From contig CAIIXF020000001.1 of assembly GCA_903813345.2 (NCBI GenBank), positions 26,846,001 through 26,910,000 on the forward strand: 64,000 bases of DNA, read 5' to 3'. Origin of the DNA: Owenia fusiformis (Eukaryota). Position numbers and translations under genes: made by a program. Below the pieces are notes generated by a model that saw only the letters and a list, made by a program, of their open reading frames with translations, had not been told where the DNA came from and ran no database searches. Shown here in pieces: positions 25,131 through 39,295 of the stretch. Numbering within the stretch: the stretch's first letter is position 1; the number at the start of each line of letters is the position of its first letter.

Positions 25131-25363
25131 GTTATTTGAATGTATCAAGTCCCCTTAGTTTTGACAAAGGTTGGTTAAGAAAATGGTGCGTGGTTTCTGA
25201 TGAAAACTTTGACGTATATCGATCGCATGAAGAAAAATCAGCCAATGAGAATCCGGAGTTTAGTTTTCCTTTAGTTGGATGTGAGATCAACACTGCAATG
25301 GAGACAAAGAGAGAGCTTGCGTTTAAGCTAGAACAGGATGGATGCCTCAAGGCTGTGTTAGAG
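25131..25363 (+). CDS. AFAP1: AFAP1-like exon 10 (PH domain 2, first part)
   Basis: GYLNV...WLRKWCVV...FPLVGCEI...LAFKL...AVLE matches the AFAP1 PH2 pattern; GAG|GTACGT donor. Confidence 0.9.
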
Positions 25364-25427
25364 GTACGTATTTCTAATTTTACAAAATATAAACCAAAGT
25401 AGACGCATCAGAAGCTCTGCTGTGTTC

Positions 25428-25647
25428 AATAGACCTTTCCAATAAATCCTTACCTCTATTTGTGAACCAAGGAAACTAGGGTATATTGGCTAGATTTATG
25501 ATGTCATACTTCACAGGCAGTAATGCTTGCAAACAAAATTGAAAGAAGTTTTTGAAAATTAACAAAATTTTAATTCTATTTTTGCACTGAAATTGTAAGA
25601 ATGACATCATAACCAATAGATGGCATGAATTACTGGATTGGTCTATT
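25428..25647. mobile_element. MITE with AATAGACC/GGTCTATT ends
   Basis: Short TIRs; a related fragment lies near 44770-44835. Confidence 0.5.
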
Positions 25648-25652
25648 AAATA

Positions 25653-25828
25653 CAGAAAAGCCTGTCTAATCTGAACACCACTGGGACGTTTTGGATTAGC
25701 AGGAGTTCACATTTCAAAGTTTTTTAATATGTGAATCAGCAATAGTAATAAGTAAAGTGGGACTGAGAAAGTGTTCACATTGAGAGGTGTTTGGATTAGA
25801 GAGGTGTTCGGATATACAGGTTTTACTG
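25653..25828. mobile_element. Tc1/pogo-type MITE
   Basis: CAGAAAAGCCTGT ... ACAGGTTTTACTG; related to 40688-41027. Confidence 0.65.
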
Positions 25829-28800
25829 CACCAATATGCAATCAGTACTGTGCTATTTTCAGCTCACATGACCAGTTGACAGTTATGCACCCTTAACTCA
25901 AACCATGTGGATTGTATGGTACTTTGTTCAATATAACCTTGCTTATTGAATCACATATTGGGATTTCTTACAATGTATAACATACTGCGTTTTCTTATTT
26001 TTGATAAAGAGGTCCACCATAGAGGAACATTTAGGAAAATAGAATGTGGAAATCAGAGATTATAAAAATCTTTATTGTGGATCAATTTTATTATCCATCT
26101 CTTAGGGAATAATAGAGGGCAGCACTGGGGATGTATGCTTCCTCACCATATTCATGTTGAGTGAGAAAGACCAGAGGGTTAAGTTAAAATATCACTACAA
26201 TTTTTCACAACTACTGGCGTCATCATTTTCAGCTGCCCCGTCCTTAAGTTTGTCAAAGATCCCTTTAATTTCATCAATTTTGACTTTACGTAAAAATAGC
26301 TGTGGTTAAGATTTACAGTTACATGTATATTACCTAATTGATATTAAAAATTGTTTTTTGATTTTGGTATATTTTTTTCTATACAAAAACTAAAATCTGA
26401 CCTAAAATGGGTGCTCTCTTTGACAATTTTTCCATGTTTGTTTTGCCCTTGCTGCACATACCTACCGAAAGAATTTAGAGTGAACCCCCTGGGCTCTTTT
26501 GAGTTTTGAATTTTAACTGTAGATTATCACACATGCTGTCATCTATTTATCCATCTATATAGCAAATGGTTAATTGAGTATTGAGGTTTTAGGAAATGTT
26601 GTAAAAGAACCAACTGGGATAGTTTTATATTAAGAGATCAACACCTTGAATCTCCATGTGCCTTTTTAATAGTAAAGGCTGTGTGTTTATGATAAAAATA
26701 CCATCTCGTGTTTTATTAATTGAGTGGGGATGTTCATTAATTTTGATGGTCCCAACTTATTGTGTTCTATGATTCTATTCTACTCAATAGATCAGTCTTA
26801 TAATAGATATTCTCATTAGTTTCTGTATTCTATGAATAAATGAATAATTGAATATTCAAGCAAGGTAGAAAATACTGACTATAACACAAGAACTTTGCAA
26901 TAATATTTTTATGGTTCTCTGAGACCTTTTATTAGATCACATTAGATTTCATTGCGAATTGAAATATACTGCGTTTTTGATATATTCTTTTATTCTTTTA
27001 TGGTAATGTCGAAAATATTATTGTAATTTAAATTATAAATATATACACCCTGACAAGTCAATATAGAAACTACCCTCTTTGTTTTACAAATATCAAGGAA
27101 TCAATAATATGACTAACCAAGACTGAGAAATTGTTTGAAAAAGATTGATCTTTAAAATCAGTTGCATAACAGAGTACTAGTATGTTGATTTGTATTTATC
27201 CAAATCAAAGTGCGTTCCAGTGAATATGTCAGTGTTATTGCCATTGTTACAAAACGATGATAAACACATGAAATGGTCTTTTAAAAACACTACCCTGTTG
27301 ATAGATAGCTCCCATATCAAAGTTTGTACATTGTAATATGATGATTGTATGAAGCAGTTCCACCAAAATCAACATGACAGAGATATGATTTGATTGTGAC
27401 TCGTCACAGGGACACACAAAATTTTGACCATTGAGACAACTTTTATTTCAGATTTGTTAGATTTATTGAAAATCTAACTACAATATTGCAATGCGTAGAA
27501 CTCTGAAGTGAGAGGCATCTGTCTAACATTTTCAAAGTCCTTTAAACTTAAATATCCCATTGTGATAAGTCTAATTTAAATAAAAGGCTTGGAATCTAAG
27601 TGACAAAACTCAGTCATACTTAAAATGCATTTTATGCACACAAGCAACATAACATATACATGTACATTAAAGGCAGAATCAGATCTATGTGGTTGACAAA
27701 AGTACAAGCAACATGTACAATTGACCTACCAATCTGTTCCTTACAATCTCAAATACAATATCTCCCAAAAGATTCATGATATAGTATTAATTGGTGAAGT
27801 TATGATGGATTCAAAGTGCAAAAATGGATGAAAAATGTATAAATTCTCCCAAATAATAAGAATGGTAACCATTCTAATAGAAAAATAATACATTATTGTA
27901 AAAATCTTTAGTTTTCCTGAAATGACGTGTGCACTTAGGGAGATTTTTGGAAAATAGACATGAAAAGGAATGACAGTAGCCAGAAATATTCTAAAATTGG
28001 AACAATTTTTTGTTAGGCTGCTCCCTAGATCTGATTCTCTCTTTAACTTATAATAGGTGCAGTTATACATATCTTATTGTATTGAAGACTCAGTATGGAT
28101 TTATTTTCAATGAGTCATATTCAATGTAACTATTTTGACCAAGCATGAAAAAATGACATGATGGAAATGGGAATGATATATTCTTTTATTTATTTTATTC
28201 CATCCCATAGATTTGACACACCACTTCTCTTTGCATTCTTAGTCCAAGGGTATTTCAATTCTTTCCATAGCTGCTATTGCAGTGAAGCCTGAACTTAAAG
28301 GATGTTTTTGTAATCATGCAGCTAATTTCAGTTATCTATTGGCCATCCATCTCCTGTAATCATCGCATAATGTTTGACTCGAGAATTTGTGTTCTTGAAT
28401 TTGTTTGGCCGGGATTAGTAAATGTCAGTATCCATATCAGTATCAGGCCCAGGAACATGTATAAATAATTGAGTCTGAGTCCCCTAAGAAAAGATCTGCT
28501 TTGACTCAGAGACTATAAGTTTGCATTAATTAGTATTATACATGTTCCTGGTCCTATTTCAGTATCAGCGGTCTCAATTAACCTGATATTATAACCATAC
28601 TATAACCATGAACTCTTATGACATATCATTTATCTTAATACTAATACAGCCATTAGAGCAGCCATAATCTGTCAAAATCACTACCTCTAAGATGTACATT
28701 CATAATGCCCCGGGGGCTGCTAGAAAGTGGAATTGTGTGTATTTGTAACATCATAGCCCTTTTATTTATCACTTTTCCAATATCAATCTGGCAATTAAGT

Positions 28801-29258
28801 AGCTTTTTCCCACACTCATTTGAGGGAAATGACCAATCCCATTCTGGTATGCCAGAGCCCCTCTTATCTGCCGTTTGCGGAAGGAAAAAGACAAAGGGGG
28901 CGCGGCTATCAGGATGGACCAATCCATTTCTGTAAAAGGCGTACGAGCCTGAGTGAACATTCTTTTTTTGGCAAAAATGCCCAATATACACAGGTTTTAC
29001 TGTTTATCCTTTGCCACTTCGAATTCCTGATTTTAACAATTTCCTGATAATGTTAATCCAATATAGGGTTGATAAAACATCAAGATTTGAAAAATACTAT
29101 TTCCTCGATATCTTATGAGTCTAAGTGACCAGCGATTTTGTGTAAGTCTCAAATTGTTCATGATATCTGAATACACTGATTTTGTTTTATTAATTCATTA
29201 TATAATGCAAGTTCTACTCCAGGTAGATATTATGTACAAGATCGCCTCCAAAAAGTGT

Positions 29259-30050
29259 TTAATCTTCACTGTCTGATGTATCACAATAAGAGTCGCACAC
29301 TACTACCCTGGCCTTCTTCTCTACTTTTGTGCTCCTGCTACGGTGATGTCCGCGATTGAATTTTGCAAGCTGGACCTCATTTTCAGTGTCTATTGAATCC
29401 GTGTCAGCCATTCTGCTTCTACGGTTTTCAGTTGCCCTTAGTTTGCCCTTACTGCGTTCCCCAGTGTATTTAGCACTCCCGTTACGTTGTTTGATTTTTG
29501 AAGATTTTGTATCTTGGTCTGATTTTGTGAGATCATCTGGCTCTGATGTTGAGATGTAACCACTGGCATTACCCGGGATGGTGTTATCACTGTGTAGTCT
29601 CACACGCTGTATATCCGCCTCACCCAACTTTGGGGACTCACTGATAATATGCAGGCTACTTGTCATAGAATTTCTGGGTTGAATATTTTCCCGATCAGGA
29701 GCTATTTCATCATCAATCAAAACCTCGTCATCACTGGCACTTCCGAACATTCCTTCAATTTTGGGGGAGCTGGAAAAAAGCAACTGTGCCGCTGTGTTGC
29801 CATTCAGACGGGACTTAATGAGATCACGTGCACTTTTTGTATGCTCTTTACTTCCTGAGCGAACACGTTTTATTTTGATGTGTTTCGTTGAGTAGTCTGA
29901 TACATCGTCACTTTGATCCGCATCATTCCCAGTATCAAGGTCAGATGGCGATTCAAGGTCAAGCTCGGAGTCGATGCGTTTATCCAATGATTTCATAGTC
30001 TGAGGTGTCGACCAATCATCAAAGGATTTCTTATCCACCAGTGATGCCAT
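29259..30050 (-). CDS. Nested antisense gene, uncharacterised Ser/Asp/Lys-rich protein (about 263 aa from the first ATG)
   Basis: Uninterrupted ORF in AT-rich intron DNA. Candidate 5'-UTR intron 30627-30496 (GCG|GTAAGT...TTTCAG) and AATAAA signals near 27442-27467. Confidence 0.7.
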   Translation of the reverse strand: MASLVDKKSFDDWSTPQTMKSLDKRIDSELDLESPSDLDTGNDADQSDDVSDYSTKHIKIKRVRSGSKEHTKSARDLIKSRLNGNTAAQLLFSSSPKIEGMFGSASDDEVLIDDEIAPDRENIQPRNSMTSSLHIISESPKLGEADIQRVRLHSDNTIPGNASGYISTSEPDDLTKSDQDTKSSKIKQRNGSAKYTGERSKGKLRATENRRSRMADTDSIDTENEVQLAKFNRGHHRSRSTKVEKKARVVVCDSYCDTSDSED

Positions 30051-33000
30051 AATTGTGCTACTCACTTAAACCAATCTATAACAAGCACTGTATTTATATA
30101 ATGTTCTGATCACTTAATAGGAACTAAAAATCCAATATGCATTTAAGAGCTCTCAATGTTTTATATTCACTGATTTCCCTCGTTGAAGTTTGTTTCAGTA
30201 TATTAAAAATATTGATAACTTTTCATCAGATGCTGTGTATGTATTATCGTTGTTATCCTTAGCTTTATTCCTTTCAGCTGCAGTCAACGTCTCTCTTTCT
30301 TTTACATGTAGATTCTAATCATTCCCACAAAATGTTATATATTCATCCGTCAATTAAACATTGTGTCACAGATGTTGCAGGCCTGGATTAACACATACCA
30401 AATAACTATGTGTATTCCTGTAATAATTTGTAACACTGTCCTGATTAAGTGTGAATTCAAGGTTGCTCAGTCCTGAATCTCTTGGTACAAATAGCCTGAA
30501 ATTACAGAGAAAAAATGGTAAAGATTACACTATTCGTTTTTTTAAATATATCCCACATACAAAATTAACTGCTCCCGTTGGTTGATAATAAGCACAGGCA
30601 TATGTTAGACTAGTATTATTAACTTACCGCCAGGTGATAATTACAAACCGCTAAATAGATTGTTTATGCTCAAAGCATTTATACTCCAGTTAGAACCTCT
30701 CTTATCATGCAATATTTATGAAATTATCTCAACCTCTCAATATTTCAATTCATAATCACTGATGTACAGTTACAATAATTTTTAGAGCTTGCTATTAGTC
30801 CTAAATTTCCAAAATAGAAATGAATATTCTGATGTGAAGACTAAAACATGGTTAATAATATAAAGGACATAATTATATTCTGAGTTCAATTGGCTTAGAT
30901 TAAAGGGTTGGGCCCTTAATACAATCCTTAAACCTTGAAACCCAGGCCTTGAAAGCAAAACATCTGAAGTTCTTTCGTGTGTTTTCATCATTTTGATACA
31001 CGATGCTTATGGAGACAACTTAATATTGTAAATCTCCACTTAATCTCTCTAATCCTAATGTTGAAATATACGCAAAATAAATAGCACAGTAATAAGAAAA
31101 TCAATACAAGAGAGATGAACTGTTTGTTCTCTAGAAGGTTTTCAACTTGAGTCGTATCTGTGACACTGTCCTTTAATATAACCATCAACTTGGAACAATT
31201 CTCATCTGATTGGCTTCAATATTGACATATGACATACATGTACTGCATTTGTATCTGGAATCAATTTTACTGTATGCCTTATTTTGACACTTAAGACAAA
31301 CTTAGTGATTTTGAGTGTAACAGTCCTGACGAATTAAATCAAGTAAAGTTTGCTTCAAATACTGTCTGGATTAAGTACCACTTCTACAATGTATAGTTAT
31401 TTATATTACAAGTTTGATGTTAAACCATTTTTATTATGTCACCATCAGAATTGGTGAAATATTGTTATTTTTTGTGGACAGTGTTTGGTGGGATATGTTC
31501 TGTGGTCGAAGTTCGGGTTCGGCATCTGTAACAAATTCTTACAAACATTTCTTGTGAAAGGCATGTGATTAAATCTATCCAATCAGGTTTGGCAAGAAAA
31601 TAAATTGTTTTTAGGCTAGCAATATACATACTGTCAATAACACGTCCATTTAATGTGACGGGATTTAGAGGTACAGCTTTGTTTTTCATTGGTTGAGAGG
31701 GACACACCTTAATTAATGCAACATTTGGAGATATCCCAAATGGTCGAAAGAATGATCAATTTACTTTTAAATTCCCCGTAGCCATGATATTTGTGTAGGA
31801 TGACAAATGTAATAGAATTGTCATCCGGAAGTTGGCCGTTAGTTATGGATAATTCTATCATGTTTGATTTATGAGGAATTTGTTGTTAACGTTTCCTAAG
31901 AAAGGGAATGTCCAGCTTCATATGAACAATAGAATGTTAAGTATATGACACCTGGTTAATGACTATGTTATAGCAAAGAACCAGCCTTTTAGATTAGCAA
32001 AATCAATGATAGTGTAATGTATATTTGTAAAATTGGGAGCTTATTGAAGACAAAATTAATGCCATCCTCTGTATTTCTATAATCCCTTACTAGACTACCA
32101 TTTCTATAAATTGCTCATTTGGGTACACATTACTAATACAGTGTAATCTAAAGTCCAAAGAAAATAATTCAACTTTAGTGTAATAAAACAGTATACTCTG
32201 CAACAATAACTTCCCTCTTGGTTATTCAAAGCTAGTTTTGATTCAAATAATTTAATATTATGTTTATGAGTGTAGTATTTCACACCAACATGTGCCTCTA
32301 TGACCACATAACAAATACCTAAATCATGGCATTTTAATGGTTAGAGAGTTTAAATTTGAAATAAATGACAGCTGACAATGATACATGTAGAAAATTGAGC
32401 CTCAAATTGTTACCTTTTCAAAAAAGAATGGATGCCACAAATTAACCAAGTTGGTTAATTTTTTTACATGATAGAGAGGCATGGGTTAGTTAATTAAAGG
32501 TTGAAAAAAATAAATTATAATATTAGTTCTACAACTTTCATTTGAAGATATCAATTTATGTGTACAATTATTAATATCTAAATGAAAGTGGGTCAAGCAA
32601 TTTATATTTTGAATATTATGAGTTGATATTATAAAAGCAGCCTACAATAAGACAGACTGTCCAAAAGTAGATCTTAGATACAAGGTAGGTCAAATGAACT
32701 TTTGATTGTAAAATGGCAAAATCCACAAAGTACTACATTCCTCAGACATAAGTTTATTGGTCCATGGTATTCATCCAGATTTGAATAATCAGATGTTTTT
32801 TATTTTAGATTTAGAAAGGCATCTGATTTCATAAACTAAATATCACATCACCTGGCATGTTATATAACATTCTACAAGTCCTCAGCAATTCTACAATTTA
32901 TTCCACTAGGAAAAAGCAGTGTGCAATCAAGGGTAATGAGATGATTTGATTTAGAAACAATGTAAAATCATCTTACTCAAGGGGCGAGGAGGAAAATTCT

Positions 33001-34219
33001 CAATAAATGGTGTATAGTTGGTTTGGCAGTATTTTCAGTTAGGGGAGAGTCTTGGATGAAATTTCCACCTAGGTGATAGCTTCGCAGAGTGGTAGGAAGT
33101 TCTTTTTTTTGAGGAGTTAGCCCCCCACCCCCAAAAAACACCCCACCCTGGGGAAAAAATTGTTCACACTAAATAACCTTAGATATTTTGATGTTTGTAA
33201 GTGACATACATAGATATTATATATATGAATAATTTGCAGTATTATTGATACTGATGACTCCTAAGGAATTTGAATATCAGTACAAAGTGTGTACCCCAGG
33301 GGGCAAATTCGTGACTCATTTTCTTACTGTTTTGATTCTAACTTTTCAATTAGACACTGTAAGAGGTTGAAAAAATTCATGTGAAGTGCCCAATAGCAGG
33401 GTTAGTAACCCTGAAAGATGCAAAGCCATGGAAGAAGTAGGAGCTGAGAAAAGAATTGTTGATTTTTCGAAAAATTTGACATTTTTGACAACTGGATTTT
33501 GTGTATGACTATAGCTGACCCCTATAGTTTCTAGATCCATCCCTCTATGATGATATTTATGGTTTTATAGTGTGGAACTAAGATGTAAAACATAATTTAG
33601 ATGTGTTTTAAGGAAGTTAAAGGTTTTAAACAAGTCCAAAATTTGAAAAATTGTAAATATAAGGTTTCAAATTTATGAATTCCAGGTATAGCCATGGCTG
33701 ACCCCTATAGTTTCTAGATCCATCCATCTTTGATGATATTTATGCTTTCATAGTGTGAAACTAAGATGTAAAACATAAATTAGATGGGTTTTAAGAAAGT
33801 TATAGGTTTTAAACAAGTCCAAAATTCGAAAAATTGTAAATGTAAGGTTTCAAATTTACGAATTCCAGCTATAGCCATGGCTGACCCCTATAGTTTCTAG
33901 ATCCATCCCTCTTTGATGATATTTATGGTTTTGTAGTATGGAACTAAAGATGTAAAACATAATTTAGATGGGTTTTAAGGAAATTAATGATTTAAAACAA
34001 GTCCAAAATTTGAAAAATTGTAAATATAAGGTTTCAAATTTACGAATTTTAGGTATAGCCATGGATGACCCTTATGGCTTTTTCATCAATACTTCTATGA
34101 TGAAACATATACTTTTAGAGTGTGAAACTAAGATGTAAAACATACCGAAGATGAATTTTAAGGAAGTTTAAGAATTTTAACAAGTGCAATATTTGAAAAA
34201 TTGAGAAATATCAGGTCTC

Positions 34220-34910
34220 AAAGGAGCACGGAAAGTATCGCAACAGATTTCAGACAGTCATATGTTGGATTTTGTCTGTTTTCTGAGGATTTAAGCAGGT
34301 GCATATGATAGACCATTGCATTACCTACAGGAAAAGAACTCTTAGAGATGATAAAATAGTTTAGAATTTGAGACAGCGAAGGTGAAAACATTCAACCCAC
34401 ATGTTTTTGGGGAAATGTCGTCCTGATTTTCAACCCCGTTCACCCCTGGTTTTTCAATTTTTGTTGCATCAATATGTTGCCTTTTGAGACATAGTTAACC
34501 ATTAAAAGGATAAATTTCTTTTAGATAAAGCGGAAAACAATATTTTCCTGTTATTTTCCCATAGGGAAAACTCATGTGATCCATTGCTTTCAGCTTAATT
34601 TTGGTCACCCATATTTGATATCTTTAAAATCCCTGATGGAATGTATTTTTCATTTAAAGGGGTTAACTGTATGTAAAAACACATATATTTATACATATAC
34701 ACATATATATTTATGCATGTGGATGGGTTGTTTGCACCTTCCCTGTCTCAAAATAGAAATTATTTTATCATCTCTATGGGTGCTTTTCCTGGAGGAAATG
34801 CATTGGCCTAACATGCAACATGAAATATGCACCTCCTCAAACCCTCAGAAATTAGCCAAAATCCAACATATGATTGCTGAAATCTGTTGCGATACTTTCA
34901 GTCCTCCTTT
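34220..34910. mobile_element. MITE with about 180-bp TIRs inserted in the left arm of the long-TIR element
   Basis: AAAGGAGCACGGAAAGTATCGCAACAGATTTCAG vs CTGAAATCTGTTGCGATACTTTCAGTCCTCCTTT; the interrupted repeat unit resumes at about 34908. Confidence 0.75.
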
Positions 34911-36428
34911 ACGATTTCAGGTATAGCCCTGGATCTCTTTTTGAATGTATGACTTAGCTTAGAAATTAGATGTTGAAAATATTGTGGTCAGGTTTGATCC
35001 ATGTTACATGTATTGTTAAAAGAAAAAATCATTAGAGTTGAGGAATTAAACTTTGAATTCCTAAGGGGGTGAGAGGTTAATAAATCCCCCAGTAAGTGTA
35101 ACTGCTCCTAGGGATATCGTATACAGTGTAGTTATTGATTGATTAAATGCATGGATTATAACTAATTAATTATTATTTGATGATATTTATTATGTGATAT
35201 AGCATTTTTACTTTTTCACATCAACATGTCCGATGTAATGTTCTGCATTATCAAAATACATAAAGACATGGTTAATTAAAAGAAACATGTTTTCTCTATA
35301 TTTTGTTATGCCCCTTCTGTAATTAAGCAATGATCATCTCCTAATACAAAATGTTGTTATGAATTATCAAATTATAATCACTACACTCCCAATAAAACAA
35401 TTTGTCATCAGGCAACGGTAATTATTTGGGAAAATAAGGATTATAAGGATCATACCCCCCCCCCCCCCCCCCCCGGGCCTAGAAACTTCCGTTAGTGCAA
35501 TGATATAAGGAACTCTAGGGTAAAAGGATCTAGCATAGTTAAAGATTTTTTTTCATTTATTGAAATGATAGTCATAAAATTATAATATCAGTGTCATTTG
35601 ATGCAAATTACTGCAGTCCCACATGTTCTGCTGAATGTAAAACAGAGTGAATAATTTTAAAATCAGCCTCTTCAGGAGTGTAATTTAACAGGAGATTTCA
35701 GTTATCATTTTCACAGATATTTGAGTTCTCTCCAATAGTTCCACTTAAAACAATCTTGACTTTTGGCACATTTTTAGAATGCTGCTTTATTGAATTTCTT
35801 TGTAATCTTTGAAAAGTTGTCTTATATTACTTGGACAAAGGTATTCATATTTTTAGGTAATGGTGTAATTTCTTCTATGGATTAAAGTTCAATAGGGGAA
35901 GCATCCATTCTTCGCATTCTTTCAGAATCCTTTACTGATGGAGACAACTAGCTAGGAGTCTAATATGAAATCTATTCTTTGGGCTCCTTTACTAGATTTG
36001 ATGGAGTAGTCAAATATAGCTTTCCAAAACTCATTGTCAAACGAACTGTTTGCATCCATATAAGATCATAGTTTACTCACTCATTTCTAGGCAAGGTGTG
36101 TCCAATTCCAGCCAATTCAATATTCCATATAACTGCATTCCAATTTACTACTCTCATAAACCCAAGGTCAATTTTAGATTCCAGAGAAACTAATGAAACT
36201 AATGATCATAGGGAATAGCATGCCAAGTGCTTGTATTTGAATTTATGTGGATTACTCATTTGGTAGACACCTTTATCAAATGTTAAAGTGTTGTTGATTT
36301 TAAAGTTGTACAAGCACAGTGTCATGGGTGCTTTCTTTTCCTGACATAGTATAACATTGTGGTAAAAATTATCAAAGGCACCTAGTACAGTAGTTCTAGT
36401 TCATCATCTTGTATAAATGATATATCAG

Positions 36429-36949
36429 CAGTGAAACCTGTATATCCCAACATCTGACTATTGTGAACACCTACCAATCATACCAACACCTGACTTATCT
36501 GAAAACCAACCAATCTGAACACTTTTCCCCAGTTCAATTTTTCCTTCCTCCCATTGACTCCTATGTTTAAAAATTGAAATTTGAACACCTCTTAATTCGA
36601 ACAGTGAACACTCATATTTGAAAAATCAACCTATTTAACTTGAACTTTTATTTTACCAAATATCACATATTTCTTACAAAATTGCTCAAATATTGTCAGT
36701 TTAACACTGAATTGTTATGATATCAAAACTTTTGAATTGGATTTTGGAATGCTATTAAGCTTTTCGGGTGGTCAGTATAAATATTATTAATATTTATTAA
36801 TATTTTTCATTGAGAATGCATTCATATTTCTTCAAAATCCAGAATATTGCAGATGTAAAAACCTCAAAATTCAAACACTTCTAATTTGGACGCTTTTAGC
36901 TGGTCCAAATACTATATCTAGTAGCATTCAGATTAGAAAGATTTTACTG
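36429..36949. mobile_element. Tc1/pogo-type MITE
   Basis: CAGTGAAACCTGTATATCC ... GATTTTACTG|TA; inverted relative of 40688-41027. Confidence 0.6.
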
Positions 36950-38914
36950 TAGTTCATGACTTTTCACTCCATCTATATGCAGCAGACTAACTGCTGCAAC
37001 AGGTATATATTCTACACCTGGTCTCTAAGCTATGATGTCACGGTTGTTAGTATTATGCTCATAACCTTCGATTATCAGGGCTCATTCAAGGCTGTACCTG
37101 AATAACGTGAATTTGAGACCAATTTTCGAGATCAATTTTTCAAATTTTGCACTTGTTTAAAACCTTGAACTTCCTTCAAACTCATCTTATGCATCTTTTA
37201 CATTTTAGTTAAATACTCTAAAAATATATATCTCATCACTGAGGTATAGATGTAAAAAAACCATAAGGGTCATCTTTGGCTATACCTGAAATTCATAAAT
37301 TTGAAAACTTACATTTACAATTCTTCAAATTTTTGACTTGTTTAAAACCTTAAACTTTCTTAAAATTCATTTTGGGTATGTTAAATCTTAGTCCCACACT
37401 CTAAAACTGTATATTTAATCATAGAGGTATGGATGCAAAAACCATAACGGTCAGCCGTGGCTATACCTGAAATTCGTAAATTTGAAACCTTATATTTACA
37501 ATTTTTCAAATTTTGAACTTGTTTAAAACCTTAAACTTCCTTAAAACCCATCTAAATTGTGTTTTACATATTAGTTCCATACAGCAATACCATAAGTATC
37601 AACATAGAGGGATGGATCTAGAAACTTTAGGGGTCTGCCATGGCTCTACCTGGAATTCGTAAATTTGAAACCTTATATTTACAATTTTTCAAATTTTGGA
37701 CTTGTTTAAAACCTCAAACTTCCTTAAAACCAATCTTAATTATGTTTTACATCTTAGTTCCACACTATAAAACCATATATATCATCATAGAGGGATGGAT
37801 CCAGGATCTATAGGGGTCAGCTATAGTCATACACAAAATCCAGTTGTCAAAAATGTCAAATTTTTCGAAAAATCAACAATTCTTTTCTCAGCTCCTACTT
37901 CTTCCATGGCTTTGAATTTTTCAGGGTTACTAACCCTGCTATTGGGCACTTCACATGAATTTTTTCAACCTCTTACAGTGTCTAGTTGAAAAGTTAGGAT
38001 CAAAATAGTAAGGAAATGGGTCACGAATTTGCCCCCTGGGGTACACACTTTGTACTAATATTCAATTTTTTTAGGAGTAATCAGCATCAATTATACTGCA
38101 AATGATTCATATATATAATATCTATGTATGTCACTTACAAACATCAAAATATCTAAGGTTATTTAGTGTGAACAATTTTTTTCCCCGGGGTGGGGTGTTT
38201 TTGTGGGGTAGGGGGCTAACTCTTCAAAAAAAAGAACTTCCTACCACTCTGTGAAGCTATCACCTAGGTGGAAATTTCATCCAAGACCCTCCCCTAACTG
38301 AAAATGCTGCCAAACCAACTATACTCCATTTATTGAGAATTTTCCTCCTCGCCCCTAGAGTATCTATGATTTCACACTTCCAAGATCTTTATTTGCATAC
38401 AATTGTTCTTCGTAATCCTGTGTGCGTCATTGGAGATCATTGCTTAACTCACGCTGTTTTTGTGCTGATTGTTTTTCTCGGTTTATTGGCTTTAGCATGT
38501 ATAATATATTTATTGTCTGTTCTTCAAATGTTACCCTTGAGCTTTGTGATCCTAAGATTGATTGAAACACATATAATGAGATAGCAGTTTCCCTAAATAT
38601 CGATGGGATTAAATGGACATGTATAATACCCAATGCTGCAATAAGTTATTCTTATAGTTTTTTTTATGTATTGTTTCTATGGTATCTATATTACAAATTT
38701 GGTAAAAATTATCATTGTTCTAAATAAAGCATTTAAAGGTCAGCATGTGATTTGGCCTTTATTCCAAAACATCATTGCCACAATTATTTTAAAATCACCG
38801 TTGCCACAATTATTCTAAAAACATCATTACAACAATTATCCCAGTTGTCAATCAAATTTCCTGACTCACTGGTGATCCACTCGTTTACGCTGGTTACCGA
38901 AACGGTTCGTTACT

Positions 38915-39295
38915 GAAACGGTTCGTCTCGGTAACAAAATGTTGGAACGTCGAAGGTACGATTTTTTTTTTTTCCTTATTTCACGCATTGTAGGAAGAAT
39001 CCCAACGACATTTATTCTCACAAACGCGTATCGGTATCATATGTTTTAGAAAATGCACATATTTGAGAAAAAATAGCTCAGATTTAAAAGTGCAGATCTT
39101 AACTGTTTTTCGAAAAACCGTTTATGTAACTTAAGTGAGGAATTAAATTTTCTTAATTTTCTTAAACATATGATACTAATATACGTTTGTGATGATAAAA
39201 ATGTCATGGGAATTCTGCTTACAACGTGTGAAATAAGGAAAAAAGAAAAATTGCACCTTCGCTGTTCCAACATTTTGTTACCAAAACGAACCAGT
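38915..39295. mobile_element. MITE with about 100-bp TIRs
   Basis: GGTAACAAAATGTTGGAAC...CCTTATTTCAC is mirrored by GTGAAATAAGG...GTTCCAACATTTTGTTACC. Confidence 0.65.

Larger units (their letters stand above)
32961..38377. mobile_element. Element with about 1.3-kb inverted arms containing 183-bp tandem units
   Basis: 32981-34220 is an inverted copy of about 37100-38356. Unit starts at 33514, 33697 and 33880. Exact ends and TSD are not resolved. Confidence 0.75.

Noticed and set aside
35560-36420. Possible decayed transposase between the long inverted arms
   Set aside because: Only short open stretches on the minus strand and no DDE motif recognised.
33346-37989. Duplicated 64-aa ORFs on opposite strands
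   Set aside because: They mirror the inverted-repeat arms; no protein features.
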